A DNA stretch of 64,000 nt from Azolla caroliniana (lineage: Eukaryota; Plantae; Polypodiophyta): contig JBHGNT010000060.1 in the NCBI GenBank assembly GCA_043228905.1, positions 92,190 to 156,189 on the forward strand, given 5' to 3'. Positions 15,001-28,444 of this stretch are shown in pieces. The first letter of the stretch is position 1. Every line of letters begins with the position of its first letter. The notes below the pieces were generated by a model, which worked only from the letters and a program-made list of their open reading frames with translations, did no database searches and had not been told where the DNA came from. The position numbers were made by a program, and so were the translations under genes.

Positions 15001-18000
15001 TTCAAACATGCGTATCGAAGCTAACAACGCTAGCTATGCTATAGAATAAAAAAATCAAGATTTTGAAACTCAGGTCGAGAGACATAAAGAAATTAGCACA
15101 TTTGAGGAGGTAGTGGAGAACAGCCCGTTAGGAAATAAAAAAGTTCATACCTGGCTCGTGTGATATCGGATTTTTGTGTTCAAACATGCGTATCGAAGCT
15201 AACAACGCTAGCTATGCTATAGAATAAAAAAATCCAGATTTTGAAACTCAGGTCGAGAGACATGAAGAAATTAGCAAATTAGAGGAGGGACTTGAAAAGA
15301 GGCCGTGAGTCAATTAAAATGTTCATACCAGGCTCGTGTGATATCGGATTTTTGTGTTCAAACATGCGTATCGAAGCTACCAACGCTAGTTATGCTATAG
15401 AATTAAAAAATCAAGATTTTGAAACTCAGGTCGAGAGACATGAAGAAATTAGCAGATTTGAGGAGGGACTTGAGAAGAGCCCATGAGTCAATTAAAATAT
15501 TCATACCTAGCTCGTGTCATATCGGATTTTTGTGTTCAAACATTCGTATCGAATCTAAGAACGCTAGCTATGCTATAGAATTAAAAAATCCAGATTTTGA
15601 AACTCAGGTCGAGAGACATGAAGAAATTAGCACATTTGAGGAGGGACTTGAGAAGAGCCCATGAGTCAATTAAAATGTTCATACCTGGCTCGTGTGATAT
15701 CGGATTTTTGTGTTCAAACATGCGTATCGAAGCTAACAACGCTAGCTATGCTATAGAATAAAAAAATCAAGATTTTGAAACTCAGGTCGAGAGACATGAA
15801 GAAATTAGCAAATTAGAGGAGGGACTTGAAAAGAGGCCGTGAGTCAATTAAAGTGTTCATACCAGGCTCGTGTGATATCGGATTTTTGTGTTCAAACATG
15901 CGTATCGAAGCTAACAACGCTAGCTATGCTATAGAATAAAAAAATCAAGATTTTGAAACTCAGGTCGAGAGACATGAAGAAATTAGCAAATTAGAGGAGG
16001 GACTTGAAAAGAGGCCGTGAGTCAATTAAAATGTTCATACCAGGCTCGTGTGATATCGGATTTTTGTGTTCAAACATGCGTATCGAAGCTAACAACGCTA
16101 GTTATGCTATAGAATTAAAAAATGAAGATTTTGAAACTCAGGTCGAGAGACATGAAGAAATTAGCACATTTGAGGAGGGACTTGAGAAGAGCCCATGAGT
16201 CAATTAAAATGTTCATACCTGGCTCGTGTGATATCGGATTTTTGTGTTCAAACATGCGTATCGAAGCTAAGAACGCTAGCTATGCTATAGAATTAAAAAA
16301 TCCAGATTTTGAAACTCAGGTCGAGAGACATGAAGAAATTAGCACATTTGAGGAGGGACTTGAGAAGAGCCCATGAGTCAATTAAAATGTTCATACCTGG
16401 CTCGTGTGATATCGGATTTTTGTGTTCAAACATGCGTATCGAAGCTAACAACGCTAGCTATGCTATAGAATAAAAAAATCAAGATTTTGAAACTCAGGTC
16501 AAGAGACATGAAGAAATTAGCAACTTAGAGGAGGGACTTGAAAAGAGGCCGTGAGTCAATTAAAGTGTTCATACCAGGCTCGTGTGATATCGGATTTTTG
16601 TGTTCAAACATGCGTATCGAAGCTAACAACGCTAGTTATGCTATAGAATTAAAAAATGAAGATTTTGAAACTCAGGTCGAGAGACATGAAGAAATTAGCA
16701 CATTTGAGGAGGGACTTGAGAAGAGCCCATGAGTCAATTAAAATGTTCATACCTGGCTCGTGTGATATCGGATTTTTGTGTTCAAACATGCGTATCGAAG
16801 CTAAGAACGCTAGCTATGCTATAGAATTAAAAAATCCAGATTTTGAAACTCAGGTCGAGAGACATGAAGAAATTAGCACATTTGAGGAGGGACTTGAGAA
16901 GAGCCCATGAGTCAATTAAAATGTTCATACCTGGCTCGTGTGATATCGGATTTTTGTGTTCAAACATGCGTATCGAAGCTAACAACGCTAGCTATGCTAT
17001 AGAATAAAAAAATCAAGATTTTGAAACTCAGGTCGAGAGACATGAAGAAATTAGCAAATTAGAGGAGGGACTTGAAAAGAGGCCGTGAGTCAATTAAAAT
17101 GTTCATACCAGGCTCGTGTGATATCGGATTTTTGTGTTCAAACATGCGTATCGAAGCTACCAACGCTAGTTATGCTATAGAATTAAAAAATGAAGATTTT
17201 GAAACTCAGGTCGAGAGACATGAAGAAATTAGCAGATTTGAGGAGGGACTTGAGAAGAGCCCATGAGTCAATTAAAATATTCATACCTGGCTCGTGTCAT
17301 ATCGGATTTTTGTGTTCAAACATTCGTATCGAATCTAAGAACGCTAGCTATGCTATAGAATTAAAAAATCCAGATTTTGAAACTTAGGTCGAGAGACATG
17401 AAGAAATTAGCACATTTGAGGAGGGACTTGAGAAGAGCCCATGAGTCAATTAAAATGTTCATACCTGGCTCGTGTGATATCGGATTTTTGTGTTCAAACA
17501 TGCGTATCGAAGCTAACAACGCTAGCTATGCTATAGAATAAAAAAATCAAGATTTTGAAACTCAGGTCGAGAGACATAAAGAAATTAGCACATTTGAGGA
17601 GGTAGTGGAGAACAGCCCGTTAGGAAATAAAAAAGTTCATACCTGGCTCGTGTGATATCGGATTTTTGTGTTCAAACATGCGTATCGAAGCTAACAACGC
17701 TAGCTATGCTATAGAATAAAAAAATCAAGATTTTGAAACTCAGGTCGAGAGACATGAAGAAATTAGCAAATTAGAGGAGGGACTTGAAAAGAGGCCGTGA
17801 GTCAATTAAAATGTTCATACCAGGCTCGTGTGATATCGGATTTTTGTGTTCAAACATGCGTATCGAAGCTACCAACGCTAGTTATGCTATAGAATTAAAA
17901 AATGAAGATTTTGAAACTCAGGTCGAGAGACATGAAGAAATTAGCAGATTTGAGGAGGGACTTGAGAAGAGCCCATGAGTCAATTAAAATATTCATACCT

Positions 18001-21000
18001 AGCTCGTGTCATATCGGATTTTTGTGTTCAAACATTCGTATCGAATCTAAGAACGCTAGCTATGCTATAGAATTAAAAAATCCAGATTTTGAAACTTAGG
18101 TCGAGAGACATGAAGAAATTAGCACATTTGAGGAGGGACTTGAGAAGAGCCCATGAGTCAATTAAAATGTTCATACCTGGCTCGTGTGATATCGGATTTT
18201 TGTGTTCAAACATGCGTATCGAAGCTAACAACGCTAGCTATGCTATAGAATAAAAAAATCAAGATTTTGAAACTCAGGTCGAGAGACATAAAGAAATTAG
18301 CACATTTGAGGAGGTAGTGGAGAACAGCCCGTTAGGAAATAAAAAAGTTCATACCTGGCTCGTGTGATATCGGATTTTTGTGTTCAAACATTCGTATAGA
18401 ATCTAAGAACGCTAGCTATGCTATAGAATTAAAAAATCCAGATTTTGAAACTCAGGTCGAGAGACATGAAGAAATTAGCACATTTGAGGAGGGACTTAAG
18501 AAGAGCCCATGAGTCAATTAAAATGTTCATACCTGGCTCGTGTGATATCGGATTTTTGTGTTCAAACATGCGTATCGAAGCTAACAACGCTAGCTAGGCT
18601 ATAGAAAAAAAAAATCAAGATTTTGAAACTCAGGTCGAGAGACATGAAGAAATTAGCAAATTAGAGGAGGGACTTGAAAAGAGGCCGTGAGTCAATTAAA
18701 GTGTTCATACCAGGCTCGTGTGATATCGGATTTTTGTGTTCAAACATGCGTATCGAAGCTAACAACGCTAGTTATGCTATAGAATTAAAAAATGAAGATT
18801 TTGAAACTCAGGTCGAGAGACATGAAGAAGTTAGCAAATTAGAGGAGGGACTTGAAAAGAGGCCGTGAGTCAATTAAAATGTTCATACCAGGCTCGTGTG
18901 ATATCGGATTTTTGTGTTCAAACATGCGTATCGAAGCTAACAACGCTAGTTATGCTATAGAATTAAAAAATGAAGATTTTGAAACTCAGGTCGAGAGACA
19001 TGAAGAAATTAGCACATTTGAGGAGGTAGTGGAGAACAGCCCGTGAGTCAATTAAAATGTTCATACCTGGCTCGTGTGATATCGGATTTTTGTGTTCAAA
19101 CATGCGTATCGAAGCTAACAACGCTAGCTATGCTATAGAATAAAAAAATCAAGATTTTGAAACTCAGGTCGAGAGACATGAAGAAATTAGCAAATTAGAG
19201 GAGGGACTTGAAAAGAGGCCGTGAGTCAATTAAAATGTTCATACCAGGCTCGTGTGATATCGGATTTTTGTGTTCAAACATGCGTATCGAAGCTACCAAC
19301 GCTAGTTATGCTATAGAATTAAAAAATGAAGATTTTGAAACTCAGGTCGAGAGACATGAAGAAATTAGCAGATTTGAGGAGGGACTTGAGAAGAGCCCAT
19401 GAGTCAATTAAAATATTCATACCTGGCTCGTGTCATATCGGATTTTTGTGTTCAAACATTCGTATCGAATCTAAGAACGCTAGCTATGCTATAGAATTAA
19501 AAAATCCAGATTTTGAAACTCAGGTCGAGAGACATGAAGAAATTAGCACATTTGAGGAGGGACTTGAGAAGAGCCCATGAGTCAATTAAAATGTTCATAC
19601 CTGGCTCGTGTGATATCGGATTTTTGTGTTCAAACATGCGTATCGAAGCTAACAACGCTAGCTATGCTATAGAATAAAAAAATCAAGATTTTGAAACTCA
19701 GGTCGAGAGACATAAAGAAATTAGCACATTTGAGGAGGTAGTGGAGAACAGCCCGTTAGGAAATAAAAAAGTTCATACCTGGCTCGTGTGATATCGGATT
19801 TTTGTGTTCAAACATGCGTATCGAAGCTAACAACGCTAGTTATGCTATAGAATTAAAAAATGAAGATTTTGAAACTCAGGTCGAGAGACATGAAGAAATT
19901 AGCACATTTGAGGAGGGACTTGAGAAGAGCCCATGAGTCAATTAAAATGTTCATACCTGGCTCGTGTGATATCGGATTTTTGTGTTCAAACATGCGTATC
20001 GAAGCTAAGAACGCTAGCTATGCTATAGAATTAAAAAATCCAGATTTTGAAACTCAGGTCGAGAGACATGAAGAAATTAGCACATTTGAGGAGGGACTTG
20101 AGAAGAGCCCATGAGTCAATTAAAATGTTCATACCTGGCTCGTGTGATATCGGATTTTTGTGTTCAAACATGCGTATCGAAGCTAACAACGCTAGCTATG
20201 CTATAGAATAAAAAAATCAAGATTTTGAAACTCAGGTCGAGAGACATGAAGAAATTAGCAAATTAGAGGAGGGACTTGAAAAGAGGCCGTGAGTCAATTA
20301 AAGTGTTCATACCAGGCTCGTGTGATATCGGATTTTTGTGTTCAAACATGCGTATCGAAGCTAACAACGCTAGTTATGCTATAGAATTAAAAAATGAAGA
20401 TTTTGAAACTCAGGTCGAGAGACATGAAGAAATTAGCACATTTGAGGAGGGACTTGAGAAGAGCCCATGAGTCAATTAAAATGTTCATACCTGGCTCGTG
20501 TGATATCGGATTTTTGTGTTCAAACATGCGTATCGAAGCTAAGAACGCTAGCTATGCTATAGAATAAAAAAATCAAGATTTTGAAACTCAGGTCGAGAGA
20601 CATAAAGAAATTAGCACATTTGAGGAGGTAGTGGAGAACAGCCCGTTAGGAAATAAAAAAGTTCATACCTGGCTCGTGTGATATCGGATTTTTGTGTTCA
20701 AACATTCGTATAGAATCTAAGAACGCTAGCTATGCTATAGAATTAAAAAATCCAGATTTTGAAACTCAGGTCGAGAGACATGAAGAAATTAGCACATTTG
20801 AGGAGGGACTTGAGAAGAGCCCATGAGTCAATTAAAATGTTCATACCTGGCTCGTGTGATATCGGATTTTTGTGTTCAAACATGCGTATCGAAGCTAACA
20901 ACGCTAGCTATGCTATAGAATAAAAAAATCAAGATTTTGAAACTCAGGTCGAGAGACATGAAGAAATTAGCAAATTAGAGGAGGGACTTGAAAAGAGGCC

Positions 21001-24000
21001 GTGAGTCAATTAAAATGTTCATACCAGGCTCGTGTGATATCGGATTTTTGTGTTCAAACATGCGTATCGAAGCTAACAACGCTAGTTATGCTATAGAATT
21101 AAAAAATGAAGATTTTGAAACTCAGGTCGAGAGACATGAAGAAGTTAGCAAATTAGAGGAGGGACTTGAAAAGAGGCCGTGAGTCAATTAAAATGTTCAT
21201 ACCAGGCTCGTGTGATATCGGATTTTTGTGTTCAAACATGCGTATCGAAGCTAACAACGCTAGTTATGCTATAGAATTAAAAAATGAAGATTTTGAAACT
21301 CAGGTCGAGAGACATGAAGAAATTAGCACATTTGAGGAGGTAGTGGAGAACAGCCCGTGAGTCAATTAAAATGTTCATACCTGGCTCGTGTGATATCGGA
21401 TTTTTGTGTTCAAACATGCGTATCGAAGCTAACAACGCTAGCTATGCTATAGAATAAAAAAATCAAGATTTTGAAACTCAGGTCGAGAGACATGAAGAAA
21501 TTAGCAAATTAGAGGAGGGACTTGAAAAGAGGCCGTGAGTCAATTAAAATGTTCATACCAGGCTCGTGTGATATCGGATTTTTGTGTTCAAACATGCGTA
21601 TCGAAGCTACCAACGCTAGTTATGCTATAGAATTAAAAAATGAAGATTTTGAAACTCAGGTCGAGAGACATGAAGAAATTAGCAGATTTGAGGAGGGACT
21701 TGAGAAGAGCCCATGAGTCAATTAAAATATTCATACCTGGCTCGTGTCATATCGGATTTTTGTGTTCAAACATTCGTATCGAATCTAAGAACGCTAGCTA
21801 TGCTATAGAATTAAAAAATCCAGATTTTGAAACTCAGGTCGAGAGACATGAAGAAATTAGCACATTTGAGGAGGGACTTGAGAAGAGCCCATGAGTCAAT
21901 TAAAATGTTCATACCTGGCTCGTGTGATATCGGATTTTTGTGTTCAAACATGCGTATCGAAGCTAACAACGCTAGCTATGCTATAGAATAAAAAAATCAA
22001 GATTTTGAAACTCAGGTCGAGAGACATAAAGAAATTAGCACATTTGAGGAGGTAGTGGAGAACAGCCCGTTAGGAAATAAAAAAGTTCATACCTGGCTCG
22101 TGTGATATCGGATTTTTGTGTTCAAACATGCGTATCGAAGCTAACAACGCTAGTTATGCTATAGAATTAAAAAATGAAGATTTTGAAACTCAGGTCGAGA
22201 GACATGAAGAAATTAGCACATTTGAGGAGGGACTTGAGAAGAGCCCATGAGTCAATTAAAATGTTCATACCTGGCTCGTGTGATATCGGATTTTTGTGTT
22301 CAAACATGCGTATCGAAGCTAAGAACGCTAGCTATGCTATAGAATTAAAAAATCCAGATTTTGAAACTCAGGTCGAGAGACATGAAGAAATTAGCACATT
22401 TGAGGAGGGACTTGAGAAGAGCCCATGAGTCAATTAAAATGTTCATACCTGGCTCGTGTGATATCGGATTTTTGTGTTCAAACATGCGTATCGAAGCTAA
22501 CAACGCTAGCTATGCTATAGAATAAAAAAATCAAGATTTTGAAACTCAGGTCGAGAGACATGAAGAAATTAGCAAATTAGAGGAGGGACTTGAAAAGAGG
22601 CCGTGAGTCAATTAAAGTGTTCATACCAGGCTCGTGTGATATCGGATTTTTGTGTTCAAACATGCGTATCGAAGCTAACAACGCTAGTTATGCTATAGAA
22701 TTAAAAAATGAAGATTTTGAAACTCAGGTCGAGAGACATGAAGAAATTAGCACATTTGAGGAGGGACTTGAGAAGAGCCCATGAGTCAATTAAAATGTTC
22801 ATACCTGGCTCGTGTGATATCGGATTTTTGTGTTCAAACATGCGTATCGAAGCTAAGAACGCTAGCTATGCTATAGAATTAAAAAATCCAGATTTTGAAA
22901 CTCAGGTCGAGAGACATGAAGAAATTAGCACATTTGAGGAGGGACTTGAGAAGAGCCCATGAGTCAATTAAAATGTTCATACCTGGCTCGTGTGATATCG
23001 GATTTTTGTGTTCAAACATGCGTATCGAAGCTAACAACGCTAGCTATGCTATAGAATAAAAAAATCAAGATTTTGAAACTCAGGTCGAGAGACATGAAGA
23101 AATTAGCAAATTAGAGGAGGGACTTGAAAAGAGGCCGTGAGTCAATTAAAATGTTCATACCAGGCTCGTGTGATATCGGATTTTTGTGTTCAAACATGCG
23201 TATCGAAGCTAACAACGCTAGTTATGCTATAGAATTAAAAAATGAAGATTTTGAAACTCAGGTCGAGAGACATGAAGAAATTAGCACATTTGAGGAGGGA
23301 CTTGAGAAGAGCCCATGAGTCAATTAAAATGTTCATACCTGGCTCGTGTGATATCGGATTTTTGTGTTCAAACATGCGTATCGAAGCTAACAACGCTAGC
23401 TATGCTATAGAATAAAAAAATCAAGATTTTGAAACTCAGGTCGAGAGACATGAAGAAATTAGCACATTTGAGGAGGGACTTGAGAAGAGCCCATGAGTCA
23501 ATTAAAATGTTCATACCTGGCTCGTGTGATATCGGATTTTTGTGTTCAAACATGCGTATCGAAGCTAACAACGCTAGCTATGCTATAGAATAAAAAAATC
23601 AAGATTTTGAAACTCAGGTCGAGAGACATGAAGAAATTAGCAAATTAGAGGAGGGACTTGAAAAGAGGCCGTGAGTCAATTAAAGTGTTCATACCAGGCT
23701 CGTGTGATATCGGATTTTTGTGTTCAAACATGCGTATCGAAGCTAACAACGCTAGTTATGCTATAGAATTAAAAAATGAAGATTTTGAAACTCAGGTCGA
23801 GAGACATGAAGAAATTAGCACATTTGAGGAGGGACTTGAGAAGAGCCCATGAGTCAATTAAAATGTTCATACCTGGCTCGTGTGATATCGGATTTTTGTG
23901 TTCAAACATGCGTATCGAAGCTAAGAACGCTAGCTATGCTATAGAATTAAAAAATCCAGATTTTGAAACTCAGGTCGAGAGACATGAAGAAATTAGCACA

Positions 24001-27000
24001 TTTGAGGAGGGACTTGAGAAGAGCCCATGAGTCAATTAAAATGTTCATACCTGGCTCGTGTGATATCGGATTTTTGTGTTCAAACATGCGTATCGAAGCT
24101 AACAACGCTAGCTATGCTATAGAATAAAAAAATCAAGATTTTGAAACTCAGGTCGAGAGACATGAAGAAATTAGCAAATTAGAGGAGGGACTTGAAAAGA
24201 GGCCGTGAGTCAATTAAAATGTTCATACCTGGCTCGTGTGATATCGGATTTTTGTGTTCAAACATGCGTATCGAAGCTACCAACGCTAGTTATGCTATAG
24301 AATTAAAAAATGAAGATTTTGAAACTCAGGTCGAGAGACATGAAGAAATTAGCAGATTTGAGGAGGGACTTGAGAAGAGCCCATGAGTCAATTAAAATAT
24401 TCATACCTGGCTCGTGTCATATCGGATTTTTGTGTTCAAACATTCGTATCGAATCTAAGAACGCTAGCTATGCTATAGAATTAAAAAATCCAGATTTTGA
24501 AACTTAGGTCGAGAGACATGAAGAAATTAGCACATTTGAGGAGGGACTTGAGAAGAGCCCATGAGTCAATTAAAATGTTCATACCTGGCTCGTGTGATAT
24601 CGGATTTTTGTGTTCAAACATGCGTATCGAAGCTAACAACGCTAGCTATGCTATAGAATAAAAAAATCAAGATTTTGAAACTCAGGTCGAGAGACATAAA
24701 GAAATTAGCACATTTGAGGAGGTAGTGGAGAACAGCCCGTTAGGAAATAAAAAAGTTCATACCTGGCTCGTGTGATATCGGATTTTTGTGTTCAAACATT
24801 CGTATAGAATCTAAGAACGCTAGCTATGCTATAGAATTAAAAAATCCAGATTTTGAAACTCAGGTCGAGAGACATGAAGAAATTAGCAAATTAGAGGAGG
24901 GACTTGAAAAGAGGCCGTGAGTCAATTAAAATGTTCATACCAGGCTCGTGTGATATCGGATTTTTGTGTTCAAACATGCGTATCGAAGCTAAGAACCCTA
25001 GCTATGCTATAGAATAAAAAAATCAAGATTTTGAAACTCAGGTCGAGAGACATAAAGAAATTAGCACATTTGAGGAGGTAGCGGAGAACAGCCCGTTAGG
25101 AAATAAAAAAGTTCATACCTGGCTCGTGTGATATCGGATTTTTGTGTTCAAACATGCGTATCGAATCTAAGAACGCTAGCTATGCTATAGAATTAAAAAA
25201 TGAAGATTTTGAAACTCATGTCGAGAGACATGAAGAAATTAGCACATTTGAGGAGGTAGTGGAGAACAGCCCGTTAGGAAATAAAAATGTTCATACCTGG
25301 CTCGTGTGATATCGGATTTTTGTGTTCAAACATGCGTATCGAAGCTAAGAACGCTAGCTATGCTATAGAATTAAAAAATCCAGATTTTGAAACTCAGGTC
25401 GAGAGACATGAAGAAATTAGCACATTTGAGGAGGGACTTGAGAAGAGCCCATGAGTCAATTAAAATGTTCATACCTGGCTCGTGTGATATCGGATTTTTG
25501 TGTTCAAACATGCGTATCGAAGCTAACAACGCTAGCTATGCTATAGAATAAAAAAATCAAGATTTTGAAACTCAGGTCGAGAGACATGAAGAAATTAGCA
25601 AATTAGAGGAGGGACTTGAAAAGAGGCCGTGAGTCAATTAAAATGTTCATACCAGGCTCGTGTGATATCGGATTTTTGTGTTCAAACATGCGTATCGAAG
25701 CTACCAACGCTAGTTATGCTATAGAATTAAAAAATGAAGATTTTGAAACTCAGGTCGAGAGACATGAAGAAATTAGCAGATTTGAGGAGGGACTTGAGAA
25801 GAGCCCATGAGTCAATTAAAATATTCATACCTGGCTCGTGTCATATCGGATTTTTGTGTTCAAACATTCGTATCGAATCTAAGAACGCTAGCTATGCTAT
25901 AGAATTAAAAAATCCAGATTTTGAAACTTAGGTCGAGAGACATGAAGAAATTAGCACATTTGAGGAGGGACTTGAGAAGAGCCCATGAGTCAATTAAAAT
26001 GTTCATACCTGGCTCGTGTGATATCGGATTTTTGTGTTCAAACATGCGTATCGAAGCTAACAACGCTAGCTATGCAATAGCATAAAAAAATCAAGATTTT
26101 GAAACTCAGGTCGAGAGACATAAAGAAATTAGCACATTTGAGGAGGTAGTGGAGAACAGCCCGTTAGGAAATAAAAAAGTTCATACCTGGCTCGTGTGAT
26201 ATCGGATTTTTGTGTTCAAACATTCGTATAGAATCTAAGAACGCTAGCTATGCTATAGAATTAAAAAATCCAGATTTTGAAACTCAGGTCGAGAGACATG
26301 AAGAAATTAGCACATTTGAGGAGGGACTTGAGAAGAGCCCATGAGTCAATTAAAATGTTCATACCTGGCTCGTGTGATATCGGATTTTTGTGTTCAAACA
26401 TGCGTATCGAAGCTAACAACGCTAGCTATGCTATAGAATAAAAAAATCAAGATTTTGAAACTCAGGTCGAGAGACATGAAGAAATTAGCAAATTAGAGGA
26501 GGGACTTGAAAAGAGGCCGTGAGTCAATTAAAATGTTCATACCAGGCTCGTGTGATATCGGATTTTTGTGTTCAAACATGCGTATCGAAGCTAACAACGC
26601 TAGTTATGCTATAGAATTAAAAAATGAAGATTTTGAAACTCAGGTCGAGAGACATGAAGAAATTAGCACATTTGAGGAGGTAGTGGAGAACAGCCCGTGA
26701 GTCAATTAAAATGTTCATACCTGGCTCGTGTGATATCGGATTTTTGTGTTCAAACATGCGTATCGAAGCTAACAACGCTACCTATGATATGGAATAAAAA
26801 AATCAAGATTTTGAAACTCAGGTCAAGAGACATGAAGAAATTTAGGACATTTGAGGAGGTAGTGGAGAACAGCCCGTGAGTCAATTAAAATGTTCATACC
26901 TGGCTCGCGTGATATCGGATTTTTGTGTTCAAACATGCGTATCGAAGCTAACAACGCTAGCTATGCTATAGAATAAAAAAATCAAGATTTTGAAACTCAG

Positions 27001-27981
27001 GTCGAGAGACATGAAGAAATTAGCAAATTAGAGGAGGGACTTGAAAAGAGGCCGTGAGTCAATTAAAATGTTCATACCAGGCTCGTGTGATATCGGATTT
27101 TTGTGTTCAAACATGCGTATCGAAGCTACCAACGCTAGTTATGCTATAGAATTAAAAAATGAAGATTTTGAAACTCAGGTCGAGAGACATGAAGAAATTA
27201 GCAGATTTGAGGAGGGACTTGAGAAGAGCCCATGAGTCAATTAAAATATTCATACCTGGCTCGTGTCATATCGGATTTTTGTGTTCAAACATTCGTATCG
27301 AATCTAAGAACGCTAGCTATGCTATAGAATTAAAAAATCCAGATTTTGAAACTCAGGTCGAGAGACATGAAGAAATTAGCACATTTGAGGAGGGACTTGA
27401 GAAGAGCCCATGAGTCAATTAAAATGTTCATACCTGGCTCGTGTGATATCGGATTTTTGTGTTCAAACATGCGTATCGAAGCTAACAACGCTAGCTATGC
27501 TATAGAATAAAAAAATCAAGATTTTGAAACTCAGGTCGAAAGACATAAAGAAATTAATACCTGGCTCGTGTGATATCGGATGTTTGTGTTCAAACATGCG
27601 TATCGAAGCTAACAACGCTAGCTATGCTATAGAATTAAAAAATCAAGATTTTGAAACTCAGGTCGAGAGACATGAAGAAATTAGCACATTTGAGGAGGGA
27701 CTTGAGAAGAGCCCATGAGTCAATTAAAATGTTCATACCTGGCTCGTGTGATATCGGATTTTTGTGTTCAAACATGCGTATCGAAGCTAACAACGCTAGC
27801 TATGTTATAGAATAAAAAAATCAAGATTTTGAAACTCAGGTCGAGAGACATAAAGAAATTAGCACATTTGAGGAGGTAGTGGAGAACAGCCCGTTAGGAA
27901 ATAAAAAAGTTCATACCTGGCTCGTGTGATATCGGATTTTTGTGTTCAAACATGCGTATCGAATCTAAGAACGCTAGCTAT
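1..27981. repeat. 178-bp tandem satellite array, left block (~157 monomers), with higher-order repeats
   Basis: The monomer GTCAATTAAAATGTTCATACCTGGCTCGTGTGATATCGG...GAGCCCATGA recurs every 178 bp in one orientation, and ORF-track offsets are multiples of 178. Centromeric versus subtelomeric role cannot be decided from sequence. Confidence 0.99.
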
Positions 27982-28110
27982 TGTCAGGAACTCTATTAAG
28001 GCAGAGAAGGAATTAGTACTAAAAGAAGGATTAGTACTATTGTTGGGGAATAGTACTAAGACAGAGAAGGATTAGTACTATGAGAGGTGTCGAACTTTGA
28101 GAGAAGGAAT

Positions 28111-28154
<44 letters not shown>

Positions 28155-28444
28155 TGATGCGAAAGATATATGTATTATATGACGGAAGATATACAACAGT
28201 AGTTAGAAGGCTTAAGACTGGCGTTGAACCGATTTGGTTCGAACTAATGCCTTGCGCCTCCTTTTATAGTGTCTTCAGGAATACTCCTGAAGTTTCTAGA
28301 ATGTTCCAGAGAAATCTGGAATATACATCAATTTCCCAATAAAACCTAAATGAAAATAATATCCTTCAAATTACAATTCATACCCTAATGGTAAAGTCTC
28401 GACCCGTGTAACAAAAGGTTATGGGTTCGAGTCTAGTTATGACA
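27982..28444 (-). repeat. 3' LTR (463 bp)
   Basis: Terminal inverted repeats TGTCA...TGACA. It starts right after the polypurine tract on the minus strand and ends exactly where satellite resumes at 27981. Confidence 0.9.
28115..28150. repeat. (GA)18 microsatellite inside the LTR
   Basis: Read directly from the sequence. Confidence 0.95.
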
